From Felis catus (taxonomy: Eukaryota), in NCBI RefSeq assembly GCF_018350175.1, contig NC_058368.1, forward strand, positions 178,562,001 to 178,626,000: DNA of 64,000 nucleotides. The letters are read 5' to 3'. The position numbers were made by a program, and so were the translations under genes. The notes beneath the pieces are model-generated. The model saw only the letters and a program-made list of their open reading frames with translations, had not been told where the DNA came from and did not search any database. Positions 1 through 12,346 of this stretch are shown here, piece after piece; position 1 is the first letter of the stretch; the number at the start of each line of letters is the position of its first letter.

Positions 1-1427
1 GGAATCAACAGCTCTCAAGGATTCTGTGCCTGGAAGATTCTGTAACCCTGTGAGGACTGGGGAAGGTGAAGGTCACACTGGCATGGTAAGTGACCTCCAG
101 GTCTCTAAAGACCAGTTAAGACCTGACTTGATCCACTCCACCCTTGTCTTACTATTATAGCCCACAGTCCCTCCCCCCTGCCAGAGGGGCCCATTTCTAG
201 CTACTTTTAATTTGGAACAAACTAGCCACTCCCCCGTGGTCCTGAAATTAATAGGATGTCTGTGCAGCAGTGCCAGGATAAGCAGCCTTGAACAAATTAT
301 TCCTGCCTACTGTCAGGGTTATCTGGAAGAGAGGCCTGGTGGCCCTAAAGAGGAACAGCCTGGGCTGGCGGGGGGAGGCCCCACCTTCCTCTGCTATGGG
401 ACTTAGGGAACCCCAGAGAGCGCATGGCCAGCCAAATGGGTGAGGGAGTGATGGGCATGGCGTACGGGGGCAAGGATGAGAAGACAGGCAGGCTTATTCC
501 CCACACTGGCAGGGGCTGACTGTGACTGAAGGGGCAGGCATGGACCAGAACCCTCAGCAACTGAACTCTCTGCCTATGACAAGGCACAGCACTCAGAGGT
601 TCCTGGAAGGAACCCGGGAGTAGAGCTGTCCTAACATGACCCAGTGCTGGCCTGTACTGCCAGGACAGGAGCTAGCTGTGACCTGGGATGGTGGGGACTC
701 TCTCCTACCCCAACAAAGGGAAGTGCACACAAGCTGAGCTTCTCATGGGACAGGTGGTATCCTCCTTTTCACAGAGGGCTCTGTAACACCTCACAGGCCC
801 CCAGGTTCCCAGGGTCAGGGCCGTTGCTTTCCCAGAGAATTCTAGTAAACGGTGAGTCTCTTAATTCCGGAGTGTCTAGTGCCTAAAACCCTGTGTATTT
901 CCACACTGACATGACCACTCCTCACACTTGCATGTGAGGAGCGTGGTGGAGAGGGTCCCTCATGGACTTTGAGCCCATTCAACATGGGTGCCCTGGCCCC
1001 AGTGTAACTGCCTGAGAGGTGACAGTGATGCTGGAAGAGTGTGTATGTAGACGTCTTGCTGACCTTGGCCTGCAGAGTGTTCTCTTCTCCATAAAGCTTA
1101 TTTCTTAACCCAGGCCACGCCACATTAAGGAATTTGTCACAAGCCTTTGGAAGACGGGTGGCTTCCTTAAAAGGCCCCAGCTGGTATGACAGTCCTTGGC
1201 AAACCCCTCTACAAAATTGGTGGGAAGCTGGGGGCACTCTTTGCCAGTGATAGATCCCCTCTGGGGTGTCGTCTCCAGCTCCGTGGCATGGAGCACCTGG
1301 TCTTGGCCCCAGGGGGACCTGGGTTTCAACGCCAACTCTGCCACTTACTTCCAGCTAGGCCATCTGGCTTAATTAAAGGTCAATTTCCTTATGTGTTAAA
1401 ATAGTGATTGCAATACCTACTCCGAGG

Positions 1428-1520
1428 GTCAGGACTGGGGCAAGAAAAAAGAGGTGCCTAGGGCCCAAAGGTTAAGGAGGGACTCACCCTCAGCTCCCTG
1501 CAAGTTCAGGGTCACCACTT
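1428..1520 (+). mobile_element. hAT MITE fragment (MER91-like)
   Basis: gaggtgcctagggcccaaaggttaaggagggactcaccctcag. Confidence 0.5.
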
Positions 1521-3418
1521 GCCCTGCCATCTGCATCATCCTCACTGAATTAGAAAACAACCTTGTGCTGTTGGTACTGTTATTATCTCCAATTAAAAGT
1601 GAGGAACCGTGGCTTAGGGAGGCTGTGTACCTCACCCAAGCTCACACAGCTGGTAGATGACAGAGCTGGGACTCAAGCTGGGCCTGCCTGAAGGCAGAGC
1701 CAAGTTCAAGGTTAGTTTCTTGAGGGGAAGAGGCAAGAGGAACAGTATGTCTCTGACAGGTCTGAAGCACAGAGAGAAACAACTGACTGAGTGGGAGAGG
1801 GGAGTCGGGGCTCCGGGGCATTGTCCTTGAGATAAATCATACAAGGTCAGCCCTCCCACCCCCTCCCCACCCTGCAGCCGTGCGGGTGGCCTGGACAACT
1901 AGAAGCTCTCCTGGATTGGATTCTTCCCTCCTGCTGGCTTTGGCTTCACCATCTGTGCCTGGGGTGACGGATGAGTTCCCAAAGTACAGAAGGAGATGGG
2001 CTTTTAAACCTCCCCAACCAGAGTGGAGCCTGAACAACTTCTGTTCCCACCCGTGGCTTAACTAGGCATTCAAGCCGGGTGTCTGCTCAAAGAGCAGGGG
2101 AGGGCCCGGCTCTGGGAGTCATGCTATTAACATCTAATCTAATAAGCTAATCGGGTGTGGGAAATGTCTCAAAGGTCAGTCTTAGCACAATCACTAGGTG
2201 GGGCCTTAGGAAAGCAAGTTCTGGAGAGGGGAATCGAATGTTCTAGAGAGGCCACTCTGAGAGTCTGTGCCAGCGCTGAAGAAACAAGCAGTTAGTGAGA
2301 TGGAGTCCCTGCCCTGAGGCGCTCACAGTCCTGAGTATCAGCTAATAACTGCAGTCACATCAACAAACATTTCCTGAGTGCTTAATATGCAGAGAGCTTT
2401 ATATACACAATCTTGTTTAATCCTATAAGGAGGACATTGTGATTCCATTTTATAGATTAGGTAGCTGAGGCCAGAGAGGTGAAGGACCCTGCAGGAGACT
2501 TCCTTGCCAGTGTGCGGGGGGGACCCAAGGATGTCCCAGTCTGGCAACCAATTGTCCTTTCCTCTGCATAATTGGTTTACAAACTTTTTTTTTTAAAGCA
2601 AGAGAAACTCGTTCTTTAAATTTCAAAGAAATTCAGTATGTGAAACAAATCAAAGTAGAGCTGAAGGGGCAGGGATGGGAGTGCCAGATCTTCCCCTGCA
2701 CAGCCTCCCCTCGTGGGGACAATTAAATGCCCTTCCTGAGATGCCGAGAAAGCTCAGGCATGGTTCTGAATGACTTGTCTGGCTGGAGGCTCACCTTCTG
2801 GCCACAGATTCAGGTCCTGCAGCTGGACAGAGTACAGAGAGCCTTTACTGAGCGCCTCTGGGACAGAAGCTTGAATGGTGAATTCTAGAAAGCTCCCACT
2901 CTAAAATCTTCTGGGGACCCTCAACCAGTGTCTGTGCCCTGAGTTGCTGCTTCGTCCGTTTAATGCTATTGGTGAAGCAGTCACTGCGGGCCAGGCACAT
3001 GACAAGTAGCTCTGGGCACCGGGTCTCTGTGATCCCTGCCCTCAGAGGGCTGAAGTCCAGCAGGGAAGACAGCCTTTAGCAAACATGTTTTTAAAAGGAA
3101 CGGGGATCGCAGATTGTGATCAGAGCTATAAAGGAAAAGCTCAAGGTCAAGGAGATGTGTGAGCAAGAGGACCTGATCAGTTCATCTCTGAAAAGGGCAC
3201 CTGTGAAAAGTCTGGGCCACCTTTAGCTTAGACCAGTGGGAAAGGGGTACTAAAATCAGGGGCAGGTGGCTGTGATCCAGGAATGGAAGGACAGGGAGGG
3301 GTGGTCATGGGCTCTCCCTGTTCTCCAGGTATTTCCAAGGCAGGTAAGAAATAACAAGTTGCCCCCACGACCAGCAGCAGCTACCTGGTCCTATCGAATC
3401 TTTACATTCCTCAGTTCT

Positions 3419-3612
3419 TCTTCTTCTTTTTTTAATGTTTATCTATTTATTGAGAGAGAGAGAGAGAGAAAGAGAGCAGGGGAGGGGCAGACAGAGAAGG
3501 AGGAAAAGAATCCCAAGCAGGCTCTGCATGGAGCCCGATGGTCCAGCTCAGGCTGGACCTGAGCCGAAATCAAGAGCCGGACACTTAACTGGCTGAGCCA
3601 CGCAGGCACCTC
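3419..3612 (-). mobile_element. Can-SINE (older type, internally shortened)
   Basis: Reverse-oriented SINE head, (GA)n body and T tail; 16-bp TSD tacattcctcagttct at 3403-3418 and 3613-3628. Confidence 0.9.
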
Positions 3613-6362
3613 TACATTCCTCAGTTCTGGAAGGGAGAAAGAAAATTCCTCCTAAGCGTTGGATTATTGCGAAGTGAGGGCTCAGTGCAATGAGTAAGGA
3701 GTAAGGGAAATCACAAACCCAACAATCATTAAGCTAATGTCATGTGTCCACCTAGGGTCTAATCTAGTCACCCAGGGCTGGCCTATGCATAAGAAAGACC
3801 TTTCTTTGCTCCCCCTGCTCCAGTCCTGGCTCTGCTCCCACGGTCATTTACTTAACAAATATTTAGCAAACACCTGGGTTGGGCAGAACAGCAGTTTCCC
3901 AGCGCGTGCCTGGCACAGAGCCAGGGCTGTGTAAACAGTCGGTGCTCGCTGCAGACTGCAGAAACACAATCCTGCCCTGGTACCCGCTGGGGGCCGCCTC
4001 CCTGAGCCCTGGCTATAGGAAACTCAGTAAGGAGGCGGGTCGGAGAAAGGCCAGGTGGCCACTAGGTCCCCAGTGTGGGTCCCGTGGAGCCCTTTCTGTG
4101 TCCCACAGATCTTAGTCTCTGGGATTCTGAGGGGAGGGAGGGGGCCATCCTGCCTGGTTTCTCTGCAGAGGCCGGCACTCCATGCCACTCTCTGCTAGTG
4201 CCAACCTGCTTCTACCTGCCTGGTTCTGCCCTCCTCGTCTCAGCTGAGGTCTGTGCATTCAGCCTGTGCTCCCACAGCATGCACATTGCTGGATGGAGGA
4301 TTTGTGTCATCTTCTCTGTGTGTCCAGTGTCCAGCAATTAGCGTGGCACAGGGTAGGTGCTCAGTCAATAAGTGTTAAGCGAATGATTGTAGGCAAATAT
4401 GCAGAAGACAGTATCTTCCTGCTCACTTATTCAAATTCAAATAGCTATCTATCCACTTTCTCTCTCTGTCTCCCTCTCCCTCCCACCCCCCACACTTTTG
4501 CATGTGCTCTCTCCCTTATTGACTCACTTTCTCACACTGACCCTTATTGCTGTGATCTCTCTCTCCCTCTGGTGCTGCCTGGAGTGCACAGACTCACCTG
4601 TGGTCAGCTACATTAAAGGCCCTTTAACCCTGGTCCTGCAGAAGGCATGGCCTGGGTCACCCTCTCCAGACCCACGTCCACCTCAGTCCCTGACGGGCTC
4701 CCTCCCGTCTGCTCATTGCAATGCCATCTGCAGAGGGATCCCGTGTCTCGGCTTCCCTGGATCCTTTCGACAGGGCTGGGAGGTAAACAGATGGCAGGTA
4801 ATGGACTCATTTTGCAGATGAGGAAACTGAGGCTCAGAGAGGCTGCGGCTTGCATGGGGAGTAAAGCCAGAGTTGAGACCTAGGTTTCCTGAGTCCGGGT
4901 CAAAGCTCTTTTTGCTAAACCTCTGGGAATCAGAGGCTGCCCCTCATCCCTTGTCCCCTGAGATCCTGGAATCCATGACGCGGGGAGAAAATCCCATTTG
5001 TCTGGAAGGATTGAATTTCGGTGAGGACTCTGTGCCATCCTCTAAGCCTGGCTCTCTCCTCCTCACCTCCGTCCATCCTACAGGGGCCCTAGTAAATCTG
5101 CCCACAGCCTGACCCTCAGCATTGGGCCGTCGGTCTCCCTGAGGGTCCTGGGGGGCAGCGCCCTCTTTCAGAAGTGTAGTGGGGACAGAGCAGGGGTGCC
5201 GACTGGCGAGAAAGGAGACAGGCAAACCTCACCACGTCCCTCCCTCCCACACCCGCCTGCCCAGAGCACCTGCCCCAGGTCATCAGAGCTGGCCAAAGGC
5301 AGCCTTTATCTTCTCTTCTTGTCATTTAAAACAAATCCCAGTCAAGGGTTTGTGTCCCTCCCTCCTTCCCTGAATACCCTCCCTGCTGCTTCTGATGCAT
5401 CTCCCCCAAAGACTCTTTCCTCCTGAAAGAGGGCATGAATATTTAAAGACTTTTTTTCAGCCAGTGAAACCACGTCATGCTGCTGCTCTCTCTTTAAATG
5501 TTATCTCCAGAAAGTTTGCCAGAGTCTCTCTGAGCGCCTTGCCCTCCCTGGCACAGTGTAATAGGGGGCTCCAGAGATAGGAAGGGCCCTGAGAAGTCAG
5601 CCTTCCCTCCTCAGCCTCTGGGGCTGACTTGTGTACACACGGTCCCAGGGCCCCTTCACAACTACCCTTTCTGGGCCGCCTAGGGAGTGGAACCTGCCAA
5701 CCCCCTGCCGCCCCAGTTCTTGGAGAAGTAGAGAAGGCAGACATTGACGTAGGCAAGGTCCGCAGAGGGACAGGGGTCCCGGAAAGCAGAATGATGAACA
5801 AAGCCCCAGAAACGCAGGACCCTGGGACTCAGTGAGAGAAAGCTCTTGGCACACCAGACCCAGAGATGATGGCAATCCGAATCCTGTGTTCACCAGGGCA
5901 TGGTGGATCCCACTCCTGCTGCCATCTCCTGCTGGCCTCCTCAAACGTCTCTGTTCCGCAGAATTACTCCCAGCCCACCGCATCAAATCTCTCCTTTATC
6001 AACAAGACACAACGCTCCCTGGATAACTTCTTGAAACTCTAGTCACGCTAAGCAGCTTCCAGTGCTCTGGGAAGGGCTCTGTCCCTCTGCTCGCCTGTAA
6101 CCAATCAGTCACACACCACCAAATCCATTTCCAAAGTTCCAGGCAATTACGGCTGGCTGAGCTCCCTGGCACGGTGCCTGCCTGCTCAGAGCCGGAGCCC
6201 AGGTTGTCAGCGACCCCGAATCCCAGCCACCCATTTCCCCCCACCCTCCTCTGAGACCCCGGCACACCAGAACGGCCACAGTCGCCACACCAAGGCACTT
6301 GCCACTTTGGCCAGCCAGACCACATTAAGACACAAGACGAGGGTCAAGGCCAGGCTCCCTAC

Positions 6363-6450
6363 CTTTGCTGAGGGTCCCAGTGATGAGCTTAAAGATGGTC
6401 TGGGCAAATTTCACGAACCCAAGCTTGCATCTTTTGGAACAGCCGCTCAT
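6363..6450 (-). CDS. KCNIP1: KCNIP1 (KChIP1, Kv4 channel-interacting protein 1), distal alternative first coding exon, 88 nt
   Basis: Reverse complement reads gccaccATG AGC GGC TGT TCC AAA AGA TGC AAG CTT GGG TTC GTG AAA TTT GCC CAG ACC ATC TTT AAG CTC ATC ACT GGG ACC CTC AGC AAA G|gtaggg = MSGCSKRCKLGFVKFAQTIFKLITGTLSK, which I recognise as an alternative KChIP1 N-terminus. Perfect Kozak, phase-1 GT donor at 6362-6361. KCNIP1 is the known divergent neighbour of LCP2. Confidence 0.93.
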
Positions 6451-7300
6451 GGTGGCAGAGGGAAGGTAGGCTCTGCTGTGAGCGCCCAGAAGGGAAGGCA
6501 CCCACCTTGCGCGATCCTGGAACTTGGAGCCCGCCTAGGCAACCCCTGAGAGCCGGATGTACCCCAGAAGCTCTGGGAACAGAACAGCTGCCTCTGCAGT
6601 GAGTCTGGCTTCTGCATCCAGAAAGCCTGCAGGGCACGATGTTTGCTCCCTTCCTCCCTCCCTCCCTCCACCCCCTCCTGCTGTCCACTCAAGTCCTCAC
6701 CAGGCGAGGACCTCCGGATGCCAGGGCTGGGAGCGGGACACACTGCCAGGGCACAGGGTGCTCCGAAGGCACCAAGGAGGAGTGAGACTGAGCGGAGCAG
6801 GGAGGGAGGAGCTGGAGCTCTCCCAGGCTTTGCTGTCTTTCTTACATGGCAGTGGTAATGTAGCAATTAATACTCGAGTCAGAAGGGAGGGGACAGCTAC
6901 GCAAAAACACTCCGCTCAGCAGCTCCTGCTTGCTCTCCCGCTCTTTCCCTCCTGGTTAATCTAATAGATCAATTCTCCCTGCCTTGATCGGGATGTGGGT
7001 GAACTCCCCACAGAGCCGAAAGCCGCGGCTCGGCACTCAGTGGAAAGTTTACAGGCAGCAGCCGAGCAGCCTGGTTTGCATCATGTAGTCGGGCTGAGCC
7101 GGAGCCCCGGCGAGCTGGCCTGTGAGGTTCCTTGGGCACCTGCAGCAGGGGTGGCTGCCTCCGTGACTTGGAAGGCCAATGCCTCGACTGCTTCCGGCTC
7201 GAGGCGCACCCCCACCCCCCCACCCCCGCCCCGTCTCAAAGTCGGCTGCGTGGCAAGAGTCTGCGCTCTCATTAGGATAGGAGTGCAATTAGGACTTGCC
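6451..7300 (-). promoter_or_regulatory. KCNIP1: GC/CpG-enriched 5' UTR and promoter region of the KCNIP1 distal first exon
   Basis: Visibly CpG-richer than the flanks (gccgcggctcggc, ccggcgagc, ccggctcgaggcgc), no recognisable repeats, directly 5' of the ATG; GC-box-like ccccgcccc near 7224-7232. TSS cannot be placed from sequence. Confidence 0.6.
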
Positions 7301-8310
7301 TGGATGATGAGAGTGTTCCTCAGAAATGCCACAGGGGAATTTGATTTGATTACAGTAAAATACTCTTAGAAGTAAAACTGCAAGGTGATATGCAAATATC
7401 AAGTCCAGGGTGCAAATACGTTTAATAAAAAGTCTGGTTGCTGTTCAGTCCCACAGACTGTACAGGTCAGAAGGGACCTCGCAGGACGTCTCATCCCACC
7501 CCCACCCCCCCACCCCATCCCCCCACAGGGCCTGAACCTCTCCCATGACGTTCACCCTTTACTTTCCTTGGTGATTCAAAAGGTCCTCCTGGGCCATCAG
7601 CACGGGCACTGTCTGTGCACGGTGGCCACATGAACAGCAGGTATGAAACCTACTTTCAGCTGAACTACGCTATGCCCTGGGAAAGTCTTTCTCTTCCTCT
7701 CTTGTCTCCCTGTTATCTGCTTCGCTGGGATGTTGGAGACGAGCAGATTGCTTAAGGGCCGGAGGATGGACTGACTGCCGTTGACAAAATGCCAGATAAG
7801 TGAACTCATGCTCCCTGCCTGGTTTCTTCCCCATCTTACATGACTCACGTGGAAGTGAATCTTGAAGCAAACCTCAACCCTTGGGGGTGGGGGGGGGGGT
7901 CACCATCAAAGCTCAGCTCCAAGACCAGACCCTGAAGACAGCCAACAAGCACAGAGCCCCAAAGTGGCCTGCATGCTCTGACTCACCGGCATGGTGAAAG
8001 TCACAGCATGTACAGAGAAAGACATTGTGACAGAAAATATCCCATCATGCTTGATGTCTTAGGGCTTGAAATTGACACACTGTTCACTCTTTGCCTTAAG
8101 GCATCAAAGGTGCCAGTTAAAATGCACATACTATCTGGGAATGTTAATGTCTTTTGTTCACTTATTCACATATCCAATATTAACCAAGCTCCCAGGATGT
8201 AGAAAACACCAAGCCAGGCGAACTGGACACACAAGGTCAGTGCCCTCCCAACCTTACGGTGGAGTGGATTCATCATCAGGCACCGGACCTTGTTAAGAAT
8301 CCATTGGTCT

Positions 8311-8531
8311 GGGGTGCCTGGGTGGCTCAGTCGGTTAAGTGTCCGACTTCAGCTCAGGTCACGATCTCGCTGTCCGTGAGTTCGAGCCCCGCGTCGGGCT
8401 CTGGGCTGATGGCTCAGAGCCTGGAGCCTGCTTCCGATTCTGTGTCTCCCTCTCTCTCTGCCCCTCCCCCGTTCATGGTCTGTCTCTGTCCCAAAAAAAA
8501 AAATAAACATTAAAAAAAAATTAAAAAAAAA
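8311..8531 (+). mobile_element. Can-SINE (SINEC_Fc-like), young
   Basis: ggggtgcctgggtggctcagtcggtt head, B box gttcgagcc, (CT)n, A tail; TSD aagaatccattggtct at 8295-8310 and 8532-8547. Confidence 0.95.
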
Positions 8532-8625
8532 AAGAATCCATTGGTCTGATGAACTTTCTTCACTTTGCAGAATCTTAGTGGACTGGAGACACAGGGCAGG
8601 TAAGTGTGAAGAAAGAGAAGGAGGA

Positions 8626-8839
8626 GAGCCTGGGTGGCTCAGTTGGTTAAGCATCCCACTTCAGCTCAGGTCATGAACTCAAGGCTTGTGAGTTCGAGCC
8701 CCGCGTCGGGCTCTGTGCTCACAGCTCAGAGCCTGGAGCCTGCTTCAGAATCTGTGTCTCCCTCTCTCCCTGCCCCTCCCCCACTGTGCTCTGTCTCTGT
8801 CCTCTCAAAAATAAATAAAAACGTTTAAAAATTTTTTTA
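8626..8839 (+). mobile_element. Can-SINE
   Basis: A/B boxes, CT tract, aataaataaa tail; TSD agaaggagga at 8616-8625 and 8840-8849. Confidence 0.92.
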
Positions 8840-10849
8840 AGAAGGAGGAAGAAAGAACTAGGTCACGGAACACACCTGGTGGGCAAGGAGCAGGCAAAGA
8901 GCAGCGCTACCTGGCACCAGGGAGGGGGAGAGAGTTTAGAGAAAGATGGAGGGAGGCTGTGGTATCTACCTGGCCATTTGCCGAGGAGAGTGCTACCCTC
9001 TGAGCTTTGTCGGACAGAACTCTCGGCTAGACCCTGTTGCTTCTCTCTCCCATCCCACATGAGGCAGGGACACTGAAGACTGAGAAGCCAGAGGAAACAG
9101 TGACTGTGACTTTAGTGGCATTAGCTGTGGCCAGGAATCTGCAGGAGGAGGGACTCTCAGAAGGCTGTAGGCTGCATCTGTTTCTGGATGGCAGGAGATG
9201 GCCGGCTGTTGGGGTCGGGGTGGGGATTGCATTTGGGCTCCAGCTTCAAAATCTGGAATCCTAGCATTTGAAATGTAGGGGGGAATAAAACAACAGTATT
9301 GTTTGTCTGAGGGAGCTGGAAAATCCCGAGAACCAGTACCTCATCCCCCCTCCAGGCAAGACAGGTAATGGTTAAGAGCACCGCCCTTTGCCCCAGGCAT
9401 TGAAACACCTGCTCCTTCACTCTGCGCGAATGCGAGCTGAAGACATACCACCTCGGCCTCTGCTCCAGGCACTGAGCACACAGTGAGGTAGGAAACAAAG
9501 TCCCTGGGCTTACTGGGGTCACATTCCTGAGGCCGAAGGACATTGTGTCTGCATACAGGACTGTGCTGTGAAGGAAAAGAGAGCTTATTGAGTGGGTGGA
9601 GAGGGACAGGAGTTTCTAGGTTATAGAGTCACTGAGAAAAGCTTTGCCCCGTTAAACGACATTTAAGCAGAGACCCCGAACCAGCCACAAAGTTCTGCGG
9701 GGTAATAACTGTTCCAGCTGAAAGGACAGCAAGTCCAGAGGCCAATGACGGGCCTGAGATTCTAGGGTCTGCAATCTAAAGGCGGTTGAGCAAGCAGTAG
9801 AGCCTCAGTTATTCCTTCTGGAAAATGGGAATAATAACCCTTATCTCATTTGGAGGCTACAATGAAATCAATGTGCTCAATAGAGTATCTGGCATGGTAA
9901 GCCAGTCTGTCAGTGCAGAGGTCATTGTTACTGCTCCTACTGCTGCCACTCTTGTGGTGGTGGTGCCCCCACGCCTGCCCCTAGCCCCTAACAGCTCCAT
10001 AGGTATAGATAGGTAAAGCTTTGTGATTACCGAAAATCCTAGAGCCAGGCTCCAATTTTCAATCTCCCCTCGTAGTAACTCAAGCACTAAGCATTTCAGA
10101 TTCTCCTCTGATCTCAACAAGGATCAAGCATTTGAACTCTCAGTATGAGAGAAACGACTCAGGCCCAGAGAGGGTCAGCGGCATCCAAACTATCACACGG
10201 CAGAACCCCCAGAAACGTGGGCAAGGTGTTTAGTGTGCCAAGAACATTCCCCGCAAAGAAAGGCCAGTTGCATCAGTATTAAGTTCGTGATAGCAGAGTA
10301 TAGGGAAGAATCGTTCTCTGCCTGAGGAATACCCTCTTCTGCAAATAAGGAACAGAAAAGGCCACACGGTAACGGAGCATTCAGGTGGCAACAGGAAATT
10401 AGATCATCCGCAGGTTTGTAATTAGTCAGCCTCCCTGTCACAGATGTGCATTAGCGGAAGGAGCTTGGGAAGACAGAGTCATTGCTCTGCCTGATACTGT
10501 TTACAGGAATCTTCACACGGCATTTCCAGAGGGAAGGAGGAGAGGCAGATGGGGGCTCCAGATGTCGTCTGTGCCCACAAGAGTGTGCTGACCCCTCTGA
10601 GAGCAAGGCTAAGAGGACAGACATGCTGTCCGTTCACCGAGTCTTACATGTGGAGGTAACTACTCTCAGTACTTTTCCTCACATATGTAATCCTTACAGC
10701 ACGGTGAGCAAAGTATTATTATTCTACCCCGTCTATAGATGAGGAAACAGGCCCAGAGAGGGAAAGTAACTTGCTGATGGCCACACAGCTAAGGCAGAAT
10801 TTGAATCTAAGACCATTTGGCATTTGACTCTAAAATTCATGGAAATTTA

Positions 10850-11052
10850 GGGGCACCTGGGTGGCTCAGTCGGTTAAGCGTCTGACTTCGGGTCAGTTGG
10901 AAACGTTTCCTGGGTTCAAGCCCCACCTCGGGCTCTGGGCGGATAGCCCAGAGCCTGGAACCTGCTTCGGATTCTGTCTCTCCCTCTCTCTCTGCCCCTC
11001 CCCCACTCACGCTCTGTCTCTCTCTCAAAAATAAATAAACATTAAAAATGTT
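10850..11052 (+). mobile_element. Can-SINE
   Basis: Typical head and tail; 19-bp TSD taaaattcat(g/a)gaaattta at 10831-10849 and 11053-11071. Confidence 0.92.
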
Positions 11053-12098
11053 TAAAATTCATAGAAATTTACTTCCTATCCTCACTAGGGCTCAAAATTA
11101 AAGCAACTGGCAGTTTGAGGAAGACATATTTTGCCTTGATTTGAAAGAAGCAAGCAGCTATTATAATCATAAACTCCCTGTTCCTGGAAGCATGATGGAG
11201 TGAGTTGAGACAAACGTCCTGGGAGGAATCTTGTCGACAGCCATGGCTGTGGGGGTGGGCGGCCAGGTGGTGGGGGCATGGCTCGGCAGAGATTCAGTCA
11301 CACGGCAGCCAGGAGACACAGCCACACGAGCTACTTGGAGAGCAAGAATGTTATACGGGTATTGGGGGACTGATAAGGCAGAAGGGGACACTGAGGAATC
11401 ACAGAGGTGGTAACTATGGGAAGCAGCTGCCAGCTTTCTCCCTGGACAGGGGAAGGGGACAAAGAACTGGGATCCCAGAACCTAGAAGCCTGGAGGAGGG
11501 GCTCCATGAGGCACAGACCCGTTCTTCCGAGGATGGGGGGCTGGCTGGCTGGCTGGTGCTGGTGTGTCTGAAGCGGAACTATGAGGTCAATTCTGGGAGT
11601 TCAGAAGATATGTATTAGAAATGAACCAATTGCTGCCACCGGAACCTGATGTCACTGCTAGTTGCACTGGGGACACAGGGCGGGAACAGGAAGTCTCCTG
11701 GAAGGAACATGGCCCTCTCCTCCAGCCTGCAGCCTCCTTGTCCCCCTGCTGGCAGAGCCTACCTTGGGGCTGCTGGCAAAGCAGAAATGTGGCTTGCAGA
11801 GTCCCAACCAAGCATCACGGAGCAGGACCGAGAAGGGAGCCCTTGAAGCTGAAGGTCAGCAACTCAATGAGCAGTCAATCTAGCTGTCTTCCTTCCGAAA
11901 TTGTAGAATCCCACCTTGTGCCAGGTATTGAGGGCACACCAGTGAATGAGACAACATCCCTTCCCCTGTGGAAATTGCATTTTAGGGGTGGAGTGGGATA
12001 GGGGCACTCAGACCATAAACAAGCAAGCAGATGTATAAGGTAAAGGATTTCAGAGCATGCAAATATCTGAAGCAGATGGTGACCAGTCTGTATTTTCT

Positions 12099-12346
12099 TT
12101 TTCTTTTTATTTTTTTTATTTAAAACAATTTTTTTTTATCAATGTTTTTTTATTTATTTTTGGGACAGAGAGAGACAGAGCATGAACGGGGGAGGGGCAG
12201 AGAGAGAGGGAGACACAGAATCGGAAACAGGCTCCAGGCTCCGAGCCATCAGCCCAGAGCCCGACGTGGGGCCCGAACTCACGGACCGCGAGATCGTGAC
12301 CTGGCTGAAGTCGGACGCTCAACCGACTGCGCCACTCAGGCGCCCC
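12099..12346 (-). mobile_element. Can-SINE (SINEC_Fc-like), young, CpG-rich
   Basis: Long T tail and intact body; TSD agtctgtattttct at 12085-12098 and 12347-12360. Confidence 0.95.

Larger units (their letters stand above)
1..6362 (-). other. KCNIP1: KCNIP1 intron 1 (partial; continues beyond the left edge)
   Basis: Lies downstream of the GT donor on the minus strand; no further KCNIP1 exon recognised in 1-6362. Confidence 0.8.

Noticed and set aside
1..6362. KCNMB1, which is nested in KCNIP1 intron 1 in human
   Set aside because: No KCNMB1-like coding sequence seen; it would lie left of the window.
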